DNA of 63,987 nt, filler included, from Salisapilia sapeloensis CBS 127946 (Eukaryota; Protista; Oomycota), in the NCBI GenBank assembly GCA_023334545.1. It is 6 parts of 6 records of this genome, joined end to end, with 100 filler letters (N's around TTAATTAATTAA, not from the genome) between each part and the next. Parts side by side here need not be neighbours in the genome. Positions count along the whole stretch, not along the records: positions 11,036 to 28,931 come from JAADVB010000330.1; 5 more parts are not named here. One strand, written 5' to 3'. A program made the position numbers and the translations under genes. Within the stretch, counting starts at the first letter, position 1. Every line of letters starts with the position of its first letter. The notes under the pieces are model-generated. The model did no database searches and was not told the DNA's origin. It worked only from the letters and a program-made list of their open reading frames with translations. Below, piece by piece: positions 11,477-22,811 of the stretch.

Positions 11477-13132
11477 CTACGACTGATGCATCATCATGAT
11501 CCGATGCGTTAGATCACTTGATCGTACCACCTCCTGTGCTTTCTTAAACCGATCGCCAAGTCGAGCACAGATGATATCGTGCAACTGGAGCGATACGCCC
11601 ATGTCCTCTCGTTCATACTTTTCAAATGGTTTGGTGGAAAACGTTCCGGGTACATCAGGATGCGCTACTTGTTCACGCTCTTCGATCTTGTACTGGGCCA
11701 AGGCCGTTTCACTAATAATGATCTGACCTCCATGACCCATGTCTCCTAGTTCCCCAGCAACGAGTTCACTCACACCAAGGTACGTCATTTTGCCAGTAGT
11801 CGGATGCTTGGAGCAAACGAGATTCTCGTCTCCATCATGAATCGCCATGCGGACACGAAGACCACTAAAGATCGGCTGCCCCCACATATCTGTGACCCTT
11901 CTAGCACTCTCTTCATCTAGCAAACCTTCTGGCCAGTCTGCCTTTAACAACTTTTGCTGCACACTTAGACACCATCCGATGGCATCGGATACGGTGTAGA
12001 AAGCTAGTTGGAAAGCATCACCGACGGTTGTGATCTCGTAGCCGTAAAAATGTAATAGCTCCGTCCGTAAGAGATCGTCATGGACTGACTGTGCCTCCGC
12101 CATTGCCTGTGGCGCATTTGACCACAGAGCTGTGCTGCCTTCGATGTCAGTATAGACAAAGACGGGCTTTTCGAGTGGCGGATCGACCACGAGCGCTGTT
12201 TCCAAGACTTGTGCTTCTGGAAGGTAGCCATTCTCGAGCAAGTCCTCATACACGTATGGCGGCATGATCGGTCGTAACGCTCGAAAGCAGCATGGGAGAC
12301 TGGCACCGATCACCAGGGCAGACGCGCCTCCTGACAGGTAGAACATGCAGAGACTGATGCCGACCCACGTGGGGAAGTTGCTGTCCGACGCCTGTAAAAC
12401 GACATTGACGATACCACTGGGAATGACTAGAACGCAGTATACACGCACGAGGTTCTTCATGCGTCGGTGGAGCAAGAGGGACGACGGGTCGACGACCATG
12501 TCCAAGCGCTTGCGTAATGAAATGAGGATGGTGCAGTAGCTAGCGTACAAAAGGGAGATCCAGACAAAGATGGTTTGCAGAATAAACGCCACTGTGCGTA
12601 CGGTATACCCATCATCCGGCGCTGCGAGGGCTGCACCAACGAGTGCAAAGAGAATGATGAGAGTCGAGAGGTACGTCCTTACACAATATCGACGGATGTT
12701 GACTCGTTCCTTTTCCTTGCCGCGGTCCATGGACAGCGTGATGAGTCGCTTGAGCTCGTAGGCGATGGTGATGACCCACAGCGTCGTGGACAAGAGGGCA
12801 AAGTCGCCAATTAAGGCGAAAATGACCATAATCGGTTTCGTGCTCGTGCCATAGTAGTATATAACTCGTACGCCGATAAATTGTCCATGGTCCGAGTCTT
12901 CCATGACCTCGCCAATTCCTCCTAAATCCACGAGTACACCGACATAGAAGGCAAGTCTCGCGACGGCAAAGAGCAAATACATTTGCACGAGTGCACAAGT
13001 AATGTACTGCGCGGCACTGTCTTTAATTTGCGTCGTTCGAAAGGAAAAGAGGAGCGTCATGCCCGTAGCGATAATGACAAAGACAAGAATCGCCATATAC
13101 GCGACGGTCCATACCGACTCCTGTGTATTCAT
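11477..13132 (-). CDS. 7TM receptor-like domain fused to a class III adenylate/guanylate cyclase domain (GPCR-AC type)
   Basis: Seven hydrophobic segments in the first 290 aa or so, then VFVYTDIEGST, GYEITTVGDAFQLAF, GLRVRMAIH, GHGGQII. Confidence 0.88.
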   Translation of the reverse strand: MNTQESVWTVAYMAILVFVIIATGMTLLFSFRTTQIKDSAAQYITCALVQMYLLFAVARLAFYVGVLVDLGGIGEVMEDSDHGQFIGVRVIYYYGTSTKPIMVIFALIGDFALLSTTLWVITIAYELKRLITLSMDRGKEKERVNIRRYCVRTYLSTLIILFALVGAALAAPDDGYTVRTVAFILQTIFVWISLLYASYCTILISLRKRLDMVVDPSSLLLHRRMKNLVRVYCVLVIPSGIVNVVLQASDSNFPTWVGISLCMFYLSGGASALVIGASLPCCFRALRPIMPPYVYEDLLENGYLPEAQVLETALVVDPPLEKPVFVYTDIEGSTALWSNAPQAMAEAQSVHDDLLRTELLHFYGYEITTVGDAFQLAFYTVSDAIGWCLSVQQKLLKADWPEGLLDEESARRVTDMWGQPIFSGLRVRMAIHDGDENLVCSKHPTTGKMTYLGVSELVAGELGDMGHGGQIIISETALAQYKIEEREQVAHPDVPGTFSTKPFEKYEREDMGVSLQLHDIICARLGDRFKKAQEVVRSSDLTHRIMMMHQS

Positions 13133-13460
13133 CTTCTTCCTACGTTGGAAAAGACACAATGGGATTTCATCCGATCGTTGTAAATTTTAACGACGAGATT
13201 TTTAACACTTATAAGAACGCCTGTTCCACTACGTTCGACCTGTTTTCATTGGTGCAAGGACCAAAGTTGGATCAGTGGCTGCACGATTTCATTACGTCTC
13301 GAAGAGATTGTGCAATGGTAGGTGGGCATAGGTAGAGGAAACGACGTTCGCTTTCGCCGCCCAGCAAGTGCGGAAGTGAGGACATGGCGGATGCGGCTCT
13401 ACTTGAAAAGCTTGATTACAGGCCAAGAGGCCGATCGAGTGGATCTACGGGTAGGTTTAG

Positions 13461-16400
13461 TCACGATACTAATGCTCGAACGAAATTTCCAACGGATCTG
13501 GGATCAACTTCAACCTCAGCCATGGACAAGACTTGGCGGTCGCACGTCTGTTCGATCCCACGTCCGATGTGATGGAGAATTCGTAGCAAGGTCGTTTCAA
13601 GGAAAGAGGTGTCGTTGACAATGGGCAGTTTCTGGAGGAATGCGAGGAAGCGGACGCCTGCGAGGTAGCACAGCTGGTACGCGTTGATCTAGAGTGCAGG
13701 TCGGAAGATGAGAATATTAAGCTAGATATGAAGACATACCTCTTGCGTTGCTTTGGTGAGGATGTCGGGATCAAAGTAGAGTGCATGGCAACGTTGACGC
13801 ACAGACGCGAGTACCTTTGGTACTAAAATTTCATTCACGCTTTGACGCGCATCGATCGAAATCGCCTTCTCGACACTTTGACGCGTGATTCTACTCCATG
13901 CATGTCAATCGTACAAGAATTCCATCATATGTCTACTAGTCATGAGCATACCGGTCGTAGCTGACGTGAAGTTGAAGGTTGGTTGGATCGAACAAGATGC
14001 CACACCAAGCAACAGCGTTTTTACCATCTCCATCCAAGTTTGTTCGACTCTTGGATGCATTCACGACACATCCGTACGACGCATCTCTTTCCTCTAATAC
14101 TCGTTGGAACGTTTCCACACGATCTCTTTGTGTCGAAACGAAGAAAAAGTCATCCGTAAAACGTAATAGAATCTCATGCGTACATCCACTACGTTTAGAG
14201 CATTGTGCATCCATCTTCTTCCACAACACTCTTCTTTCAAAATCCGCCAAATACATGTTACACAACGTCGTCGACAGAACAGAACCTTGTGCGATCCCTT
14301 GTATCTGTTCAAATTGGTGTTCTCCAAGCTGTACTCGATTACCAAGTAGATGCTCTTTCAATATTTCCATCGCAGTCTTGCGATCGATATAGTCATGGAC
14401 GACACCATCCACATAGACTGCATTCACACGTGTAGCACTAGCAACGAGGGTCTCAAAGTGTTGCAAGTCGCCTGCTACAAACGCTTTCTTCTCGAGTTTC
14501 GAGTACGTCGTCTCTTGTTCTTGTGGACTGGATGTGTCCAAGTGAATGTGTCGCTTCTTGCCTTGCCATTTAGAAACCCATTGGCGTCTAATCATGTACT
14601 CATGTTCCTTTAAGAGCTTTTTGACGATATGGTAGACTTTACGAGGTCGCATGGTGTCGAAACATCTTTCAATGTCCATGGCAGCACAGTGCACTCGTGG
14701 CTGAGAATCTTGGCAGTGTGGACATGTCTGGAGGTTCAATAGGAACGACTTGAGGCGAGAGTGGATTTCGTCCAGATTGCGCACGGTGCTGCCCACGTAC
14801 GACGTCGCTTGGCGTTGAATCTCGAACTTTAGCACAGCATGCAACGGATCGAGTGTCTGGTTGACGGACTTGCGGTCTTTCTCGACTGCTTTCGATAGGT
14901 TCATGAGTGGTCGGACGCCTCGTGCTTTTGGTAACACACGTAGTCGAGAGGTGGCTAGACTTGACGGCTCTAAAGTAGATGAAAGAGGTCGAAGATGGGT
15001 CTTCTGGAGATCCGACATTGTGACAGAGCTATGCATTGTACGACATCAGCTGAGACATAAGAAGACTGGATGGATGGAATGTACATGATTATGTTCCAGA
15101 CGGAGCGTTGGTAGTAGAAAATATCATTTCCTTCTCCTTCCCGATCGGTAATGTAAAACTGATGTCGAAGGATGGGAAATATGAACTGATCAAAGAGAAA
15201 GTGGAGGATGCATCCGAAGAGCTCTCGACGCTTGCAAAGTTCATTTGGTGGACTAGATCATCAGATTTCAAGGTAAGCTGTAGGTATATAAGAGTTCAAT
15301 TCAAAGCTATTTCTTACCAGTCAGATACTTTAGTAGCCTGTGAATTCATCCAAGGTACATCCTTTACTTGAAATTGATGCATGTACTACAGCATATTAAT
15401 GATGATATATATGCATACGATTGGTATTGTTAAAGTACCTTTTGGAGTGAGATCGTATCGTACTTTTGAGCAGTGATGAACATTTGAATGAGTTGCTTCA
15501 CCAGTTTCCAATTCTTTTCACTCGTTTCTGTTCCCCAAAGCTCCTTTGGTACGACCATCGTCACCACCTTTCGGATGAAACGATACACTTGCTTAGGTGG
15601 TGTCGTATACTGCATCAACTCTGTGACTTCCTCTTTATGCTCCTGGAGTTGCTCCACCATGATGCTGGACGTTGCAAACTTTTCTTGGTCAATTTTGTTT
15701 GCTACCTTTTGCTTCTTACGATGAAAAAGAGGAAAGGAAGATGCTTTGGACACATTATCAATCGCATGCTCACGTCGATGTCGTTTCCGATCCTCCCGAT
15801 CGTACACGTCTTCTTCCTGAGTAATATAACCATCTCCAAATATTTCCCCATCCGCTGATTCCATCATACTGTTATCATTTTTCCCATTCCTAAAGGTAGA
15901 CCCTGCGTCCTGAATCGATGGATTTGCCTGCATCAGCTTATGAACGCCGGAAGGTAGTCGAAATAGCTTTTCAGATAGTTCTTTCATACGAAACGATTGG
16001 AATCGAGAAAGCAAGTGTTGTATGATAGGGATGAGACTTATCAATCTTTTCGGCAATCTCTTTTGATCCGACGATATAGAAAAGATGACTTTAATTACCC
16101 GAGTGGCAGCTCCTCGACTGATACATTCCGTTCCAGACTCGGAACGTAGAATATGGGACGTAGAAAACGCCTTGGACGTTGTATAGTGCTGAGCATAAAG
16201 CACGTGGTTAATGGATAGTCCTGTTTCGATGAAGGATATCGCCTTGGATGTCTTTTTATCGATCTGCGTTGACTTCCGACGACCAACACTCTGCCCTGCA
16301 ACCTGCATTGTTTTCGTGTTGTCATATAGTGATGCTGTACTTGTAATAAAGGCGGTACCTGAATGTAAACATTGTTCTTATCCTTGACTTGGAGAAAGAT

Positions 16401-17071
16401 GTTGTAGTTGAGCAGGATATGGTAGAGGGCATCACTGCCAATCATGTTGTGCAGTGCCACCCACTCTGGTTTTTTCAATGTCTCCACGTTGGAGTTTGGA
16501 CTATAACATATGAGACCATTCGAATGGATTAATGTCTCTCCTTTCGAAGTCGGTGTCGGCTCCGAAAACCCGAGCGTTAGTAGGTTTGGATGCTCGTCAT
16601 TACGTCGCTTACGTCGGAGAAGAACCTATTCATTCATTGGTATAGCGTGTATAAAGTTATATACAGGGTCTAAACGAAAAGTACCTGGATTGCTCCTCGG
16701 ATGAGGTCGGTCTGTTAGGTAGCAACCATATTCGGTATGAACAAATCGAAGTGTAAAATGGGAGTAATGAGATGTACATGTGGTAGTGTCGTTTCTGTAT
16801 GCCACTTTCCACTTTCCAAACAAGCTTCAGTGTGTCTGGAAATGATCGTCGTGTCCAAGAGATACAGAACGGTGGGATCCTCCACTGTGGTCAACTGAGT
16901 TTCAATGCTTGGATGCTCTAAGCAGCAACAATCCAAGCTTTTCAATGCAAAAATGGCAATATAAGATATCGAAAATTAGTGTCCATGTACTGAATGAGGA
17001 AATCGGTATCGAAAGAGCTTATAGGCGACATACCTTGTCAAGAAGCTCCGCAAAGTGTGCTCCCAATGCAT
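13461..17071 (-). CDS. TERT: Telomerase reverse transcriptase, multi-exon (start and end inferred from splice sites)
   Basis: GQ-like WVALHNMIGSDALYHILLNY, CP-like VYRFIRKVV..VVPKELWG, T motif FPILRHQFYITD...FYYQRSVW, motifs 1/2 LRVLPKARGVRPLMN, A DIERCFD, B' GIAQGSVLS, C RFTDDF, E WCG, CTE-like INAYQLCYLAGVRF. Confidence 0.93.
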
Positions 17072-17201
17072 TTTGACAGCTTATTGTCAGAAGTTGTGTC
17101 TTCGATGAATATTTTCATCCAATCATATAAATACATTATTAAAAGGAGCATATATTATTGGTAGAAATAACTTCGCTGGTCAAAACCTTGAGCAATTAGC
17201 C

Positions 17202-18671
17202 ATGAGACTTCCAACGATGGCCATGGGCAGCGTCTATCGCAGCTTGCTGCGACCTCGCACTCGAGTTTCAACTTGTAAATACTTTCATGTAAGAATAGCA
17301 TGACACACCTTTCATTTGATAGCTTTAAATAATGCTTGTGATGTCTCTTTGGTCATATATGCACTGATATACAGACAGCGTCGACATTGCAAGCTTCCAA
17401 TGCTGTCCAGGATATGACAAACGTACCATACAATTAATTAGTCTATCTCTTGATTACATTTTATTCATTTATACTTTTAGAGGTCTTCAATGAACGATCC
17501 AGTCATTCATCCCACTGCCGTTGTCCATCCAGACACCACCATAGGCGATGGCGTACGGATTGGACCATATAGTGTGGTCAGCGAACGTACTCCCAATGCA
17601 TGTGCATTTGACTGCGTCTTCAAATAGCTAAAAGTTTATTGGTTCCATGTATAGACGTCGTATTGGCGGATGGAGTACATTTGCGCTCTCATGTCGTGAT
17701 CGAAGGCAGCACATACATTGGCTCGAACACCACCATCCACTCCTTTGCCAGTATCGGTGGCGACCCACAAGACAAGAAGCATGATCCCGACACATTTTCA
17801 TCTCTAGGCGATACTCATCAATACCAAAAAGGCGCGACCTCTAAACTGTCTAGTTTTACGCTTCACATTGGCGCTGACTGCGTCATCCGTGAGCACGCTA
17901 CTATCCATGGCTGTACATCGTACTCGAATGGCCAGCCCACGTACGTTGGCAATGGTTGCTGGATCTTATGTGGAGCTCATATCGGTCATGATGCTCACGT
18001 CGGAGATCGAGTCGTCTTGTCAAACAACGCATGTCTAGCTGGTCATGTGACAGTCGGTGATGATGCAGTGGTTGGAGGACAAGTCGGAATTCAACAGCAT
18101 GTGCATATTGGAAAGAGAGTTATGATCGGTGGACACAGTGCCGTGGATAGTGACGTGATCCCGTACGGTCTTGTCATGGGCAATCGCGCGAAGCTGGCAG
18201 GCTTAAACCTTGTCGGTTTGAGACGTGCAAAGGTGGGTAGCGTCTAGCTCTAGGACTACACATTTTACTCATGTTAAAGTATAGATTCCACGTGAAGAGA
18301 TTAAGCTGCTATTACGAGTGTATCGCTACCTCTTCACTCCATCCATGACGTCCGGTACTGGATTCGCACCAGCATTAGCGTAAAGATTATTCTCCATAGA
18401 CATGATGCTAGATAACACTAAGAGAGATTATGTATGAGAGCAGACTGACAAGTCACACGAGCACAGTGGAACGTGCGAAGGAAGTGGAACGGTATTTAAA
18501 GCAGCATATACATAGCGTAGCAGGCACATCACTAGCCCATGAACTGGTAAGCATTCTGTCTTATCTGCTTATAAGACGTCTCACATTGCTAATGACATAC
18601 TTTTGTAGATTGAGTTCGTATTGAAGGCACCTGAACGATATCGCACTGCACTGTGCCTGCCACAGCAATAG
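17202..18671 (+). CDS. lpxA: UDP-N-acetylglucosamine O-acyltransferase (LpxA), multi-exon, probable mitochondrial presequence
   Basis: IHPTAVVHP, hexapeptide repeats, [50 protein letters not shown]; upstream exon [21 protein letters not shown]. Confidence 0.9.
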
Positions 18672-18822
18672 ATCCAGTTTCCATTTTTGTCTATGCGCTA
18701 AATCTTTTTTCAAGCAACCCGTTTCATGGGATTTGGAATAGTTTATAGAATCGGTTACTTGCTCAACGACGCTTTATAGCGTAGCTTCGCGTTGGAAAGT
18801 AGCAATCCTCCGTTCGTTCGAG

Positions 18823-21223
18823 ATGGGAAAGCCAAAGGCAGTGCTCTCTTCCTTACAGTCTTTTCGTCGTTTGTCTCTACAAAAGAAGATACCGGTACAG
18901 AATGAAGTGAAACACGAGGAACAGGCGTTGCTCGATTCATCCCCGACTGTCCGATCACCGGTCAGTGGCTATGCCAATGCCGATGATAGAGATGCTTCCA
19001 CTTTGCTACATCGACCACAGCAAGTTGATAACCAAGAGCTTGAGGCAGGTAACACTACTCAACGTCGTGGGTCGAAGATGTCACTCCCGACTCCATCGAT
19101 GTCGTCAATTCCTTGGCTAAGTACATTCGGAACTCTAGCACCCAAGAAACGAGTTTCTGACTTGCCAATACTAAACAAAGAGGCCAACTCTGCCTTGCTG
19201 CAGCCACGCCTTCATGAGTCAAATGTTCATATCTTCTTCTACGGTATGCACAAGTTGGATGCATGGTTCTCAGTATCGGACCTTGATGCTCGAGTACATC
19301 TTGTTGATATTGTAACTGGAGAAAGTCTTACTGCATCGCAGGCGGTGTGCATCCCGGATGATGACAATCCAAACTCGTATGCTATGGTTCATTTTGACAT
19401 GCCTGCAGCTGATTTATTATCGCCACGGGTATTAATCCTCGTGGAGTTGTTTTATGCCGTGCCTGCAATGAATTCGTTCTCCAGGTTAGAATCAAACAAC
19501 GATTCTATACGATCCATCAGTGATGGCACGGACGGATTTACGTATCATTGCAAGGAAGAGCATGTCGGCTGGGCGTTCCTTCGACCGATTAATGATGCTG
19601 GCGAAATCGTGCCTGAGTCTCTTATATGGGAACCAAGCGATGAAAACAGAACATCGTTAAGTAACTTCAAGCTTTACTTGCAAGTGTACAAACGTCAGAA
19701 TCTAACATGGCCGGACATGGCTCAAGCCAGAGCAAAGTGGTCGATCGGAGAAGGTGTGGACATCCCATCTGTGTATTTACAATACTTGAAGCGATCGAAA
19801 GTTGATATGCCACTAGTTCTACCAATCTCATGTCAAGCAAGCCACAACACATACTCATTATCCACGTCTTATCTGCCTCACCAGGGTGAACTTCCAGGTA
19901 CTAGTCCTAACGGCAGTCCCAAAAATGCCATGCAAGTTCTGAAAGAAAACGATGATGATGCTTTATCTCTTTATCACCGGCAAGACGGTGAGCCTTGCCT
20001 ATTACCACATCGTGTGCTTTGCCAATTTCCATCAACTGCGAAAGGAACTTGCAAATTGACTTTCTCGTCAAGTGGAAACTTACTCGCGGTCGCTGGCGAC
20101 TGTGGCAATGGTGATTATCCAATCTACTTATATGATGTTGTGCATGGGAAGGTGAACTGTGTTGCTCGTGGTCATCGAGGTTTCATTCGTGCTATCCAGT
20201 GGGAGCCCGGAAGCAATGAACGCTTCGTATCGTCATCGGACGATGGCACTGGACGTTTATGGCAGGTTGAAGACGACTCAAATAGTGTGATAGAGAAAGC
20301 TATATGGGTTCACCAGCCAGCTCCTTGTATCGTTCACTGCATATTGTTCGACCCTCGAGATGCCAAGTTTGTATTTACAGGTGCATCGGATTGGCATGTC
20401 CGAGTTTGGCGAACTGATGTGCAAGACCACTTTACTGAAGTGATGCGATGGAAAGTTGGCAAACAAGCTATTAATAGTATACAAATCCATGCGGCTTCCA
20501 ATCGTGTATTTTGTGGCGACGCCCATGGTGCGATTACGATTTGGTCACTTAGTACGCCTAGCAATGACCTTAATCGTCCGACGCTACTGAAACATATCGA
20601 CGCTGGGGGAGGTGGGATTATGAATTTTCAACTTCATCCGCGACGGCAGCATCTCCTTGTCTATACTCTTAACGGTAGTGTGCTTCAATTTGAACTGCGC
20701 TCGTATCTCTTGCTTCATCGCCGTGACAATCTGTCATCACCTCGAGGGACAAATCTCGAGTGCAACTATAGTCCAGACGGAAAATATACTTGCATCGATA
20801 CCGACGTTGGTGCTCCAGTACTTGTTGAAAGTCTGCGCGATTTGCCTGAGGTCGACGATAAAGCAGAAAAAGTTACTTGCTGGAATACAAAAGTGCTTAA
20901 CGGAGTATCGCTGGTCAAAATGGCGTGGAGTCCGAGTGCGCACATCGTCGCCGCAGCTGGATATGGTAACTTCGATTTTGTCGAATACATCACGTAACCA
21001 ATTTGCTAAAGCTCAACTGCTTATATATGTAGGTGCAAATACTCCGATCGTTTTGCTGTGTGCTCATCGACAAGATGCTCGTACATCTGACGTAAATACT
21101 CAAAGCAAGAACATCAACGCGTGGCAAAATACTGTGTCATTGACAGCTCCGAATGCAGCATTTAATAATGCGTCAGACGAGGGTAACCTTGGCCGATATG
21201 TCCCCGTTGAAAAGACATTGTAG
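18823..21223 (+). CDS. AHI1: Jouberin/AHI1-like ciliary transition-zone protein (C2-like region plus WD40 repeats)
   Basis: RVHLVDIVTG, RVLILVEL, VGWAFLRP followed by WD40 repeats (GHRGFIRAIQW, SSSDDGTGRLW, TGASDWHVRVW); last exon joined after an intron near 20975-21032. Confidence 0.72.
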
Positions 21224-22811
21224 AGAAGGGATGAGATACTATACTGCCAAGTTTCTAATGGTGAAGAATGAACTTGGTAGCTCAGCGTTGGCATCATAGC
21301 TTCTACGAGACTAGCATCGCAAATCTAGCATTGCCGGCTCCCTCCTATGTCGCTCCTATGAGCTAGTCCTGTACATAATAGATTGCAATTTGATTTTGAT
21401 TTTTTTAACCTTAGAAACTACGATGCGAAGCGTTTTATGCTGTGGCGCGACTTGTAGCTTATTCGAAAGGTTAATAACTTTAATTTTTTGAGATATATGT
21501 AAAATCGGAGATAGAATGCATTGATGAAAGCCACTGGATGTAAGCAGCTCGCTCAAATACAAGCTAAGGCGCGCTATGCCAATATCACCTATCGATTCGC
21601 AATCTTAAAAGTATTTTGTCGTTTACTGCAAAGTTAAAGAGGACTTCGTTGTTGTAATTAATCTTGTGCTGAGCAACTTGGGTGTCTGACTTTAGTGGGA
21701 GCTACCAAACTTTTCTCGTTTGACTATAAACTTTCATAAAAGTATCACAAATCCATGAGCGCATCATCTAGCAGCTTGTTGGATTCCTTTATAATATTAA
21801 TTAATCAAAAGTGGCTTCGATGCGGTATAAGATGATGGCATTGAAGGCAGTAGATCGTTTATAATCTTCCAAGCGTACCATGAAGGAATCCAGATCCCGA
21901 CGAAGCTAGAAATAGGTCGAATCCAACATCCACCATTGGGTGGAGCTAAACATGTTTGAGCTACAAGACAACAACTATTCTGCGAACGATAGAACTACAG
22001 GTATCGTTGTACTTGGAATACCTACTGCCCATATCATCGTGACGAAAGACGCACATAGACTGATAGAAGTATCTTTTCGACACGTATGCAACAGTTTACG
22101 GTTACACTACTCTCTTCGATCCATGACTGACTCAGAAAACATCATGGATTCGAGAACCAGAGGTAATCAAAACGACGCTGAGGTGAATAACGAAAGTCCA
22201 TAAACATATTCATATGGCAAAGCGCATCCTGTAACCCGCATCTTGTGCCGACGTTTGGCTCTCGGTATCCGCTTTAGAAATAGATACAGATAATCAGCCA
22301 TCAATCTGCTAGCTTTCACGTTCGACACCAGCCATGTCCTACTGCAAGATGCCAAGGAAGAGAGAAATGTGTGGCGAGCACGCCTCCAAGTTCCAAGACT
22401 ATGAAAGTATCGTCACATAGTGATACGTAAAGCACCGTAAAGAACAAATGGTATCGTGCTGATGGCAATATGATCTCCCAGAACTCTATTGTTGTCAATG
22501 TAGATGATTGTGATGTGTGGGCTACAATCAGCATCATGCATAGAGACACTGCTTGCTCTCTTCTCTGTCGCTACGTCAGCCAGAAACTTGTGTCACGAAG
22601 TGACTATTTCGTCGTTAGGAGCCGAATTGTTTGCCTTGGATACTTTTTAGATCCTGAAGCTCAACCTTCCTCATCGCATACGAACTCAAAGTTGTATATA
22701 CATATTCAACGCATGTGAAAGAATTAAGCACTATCTATTAGTATCCGAAGCACTTGCGAATTCTAGCTAATTACCATTTCTAGACGCTCCGACATTTTCT
22801 CCATTTAACTT

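Noticed and set aside
13936-15036. RT domain as a retrotransposon or retron
   Set aside because: GQ, CP, T and CTE motifs plus introns identify cellular TERT; no gag, endonuclease or LTRs seen.
6889-18671. bL25, TruB and LpxA as bacterial contamination
   Set aside because: They are embedded among eukaryotic genes; TruB and LpxA have spliceosomal introns, and bL25 and LpxA have presequence-like N-termini.
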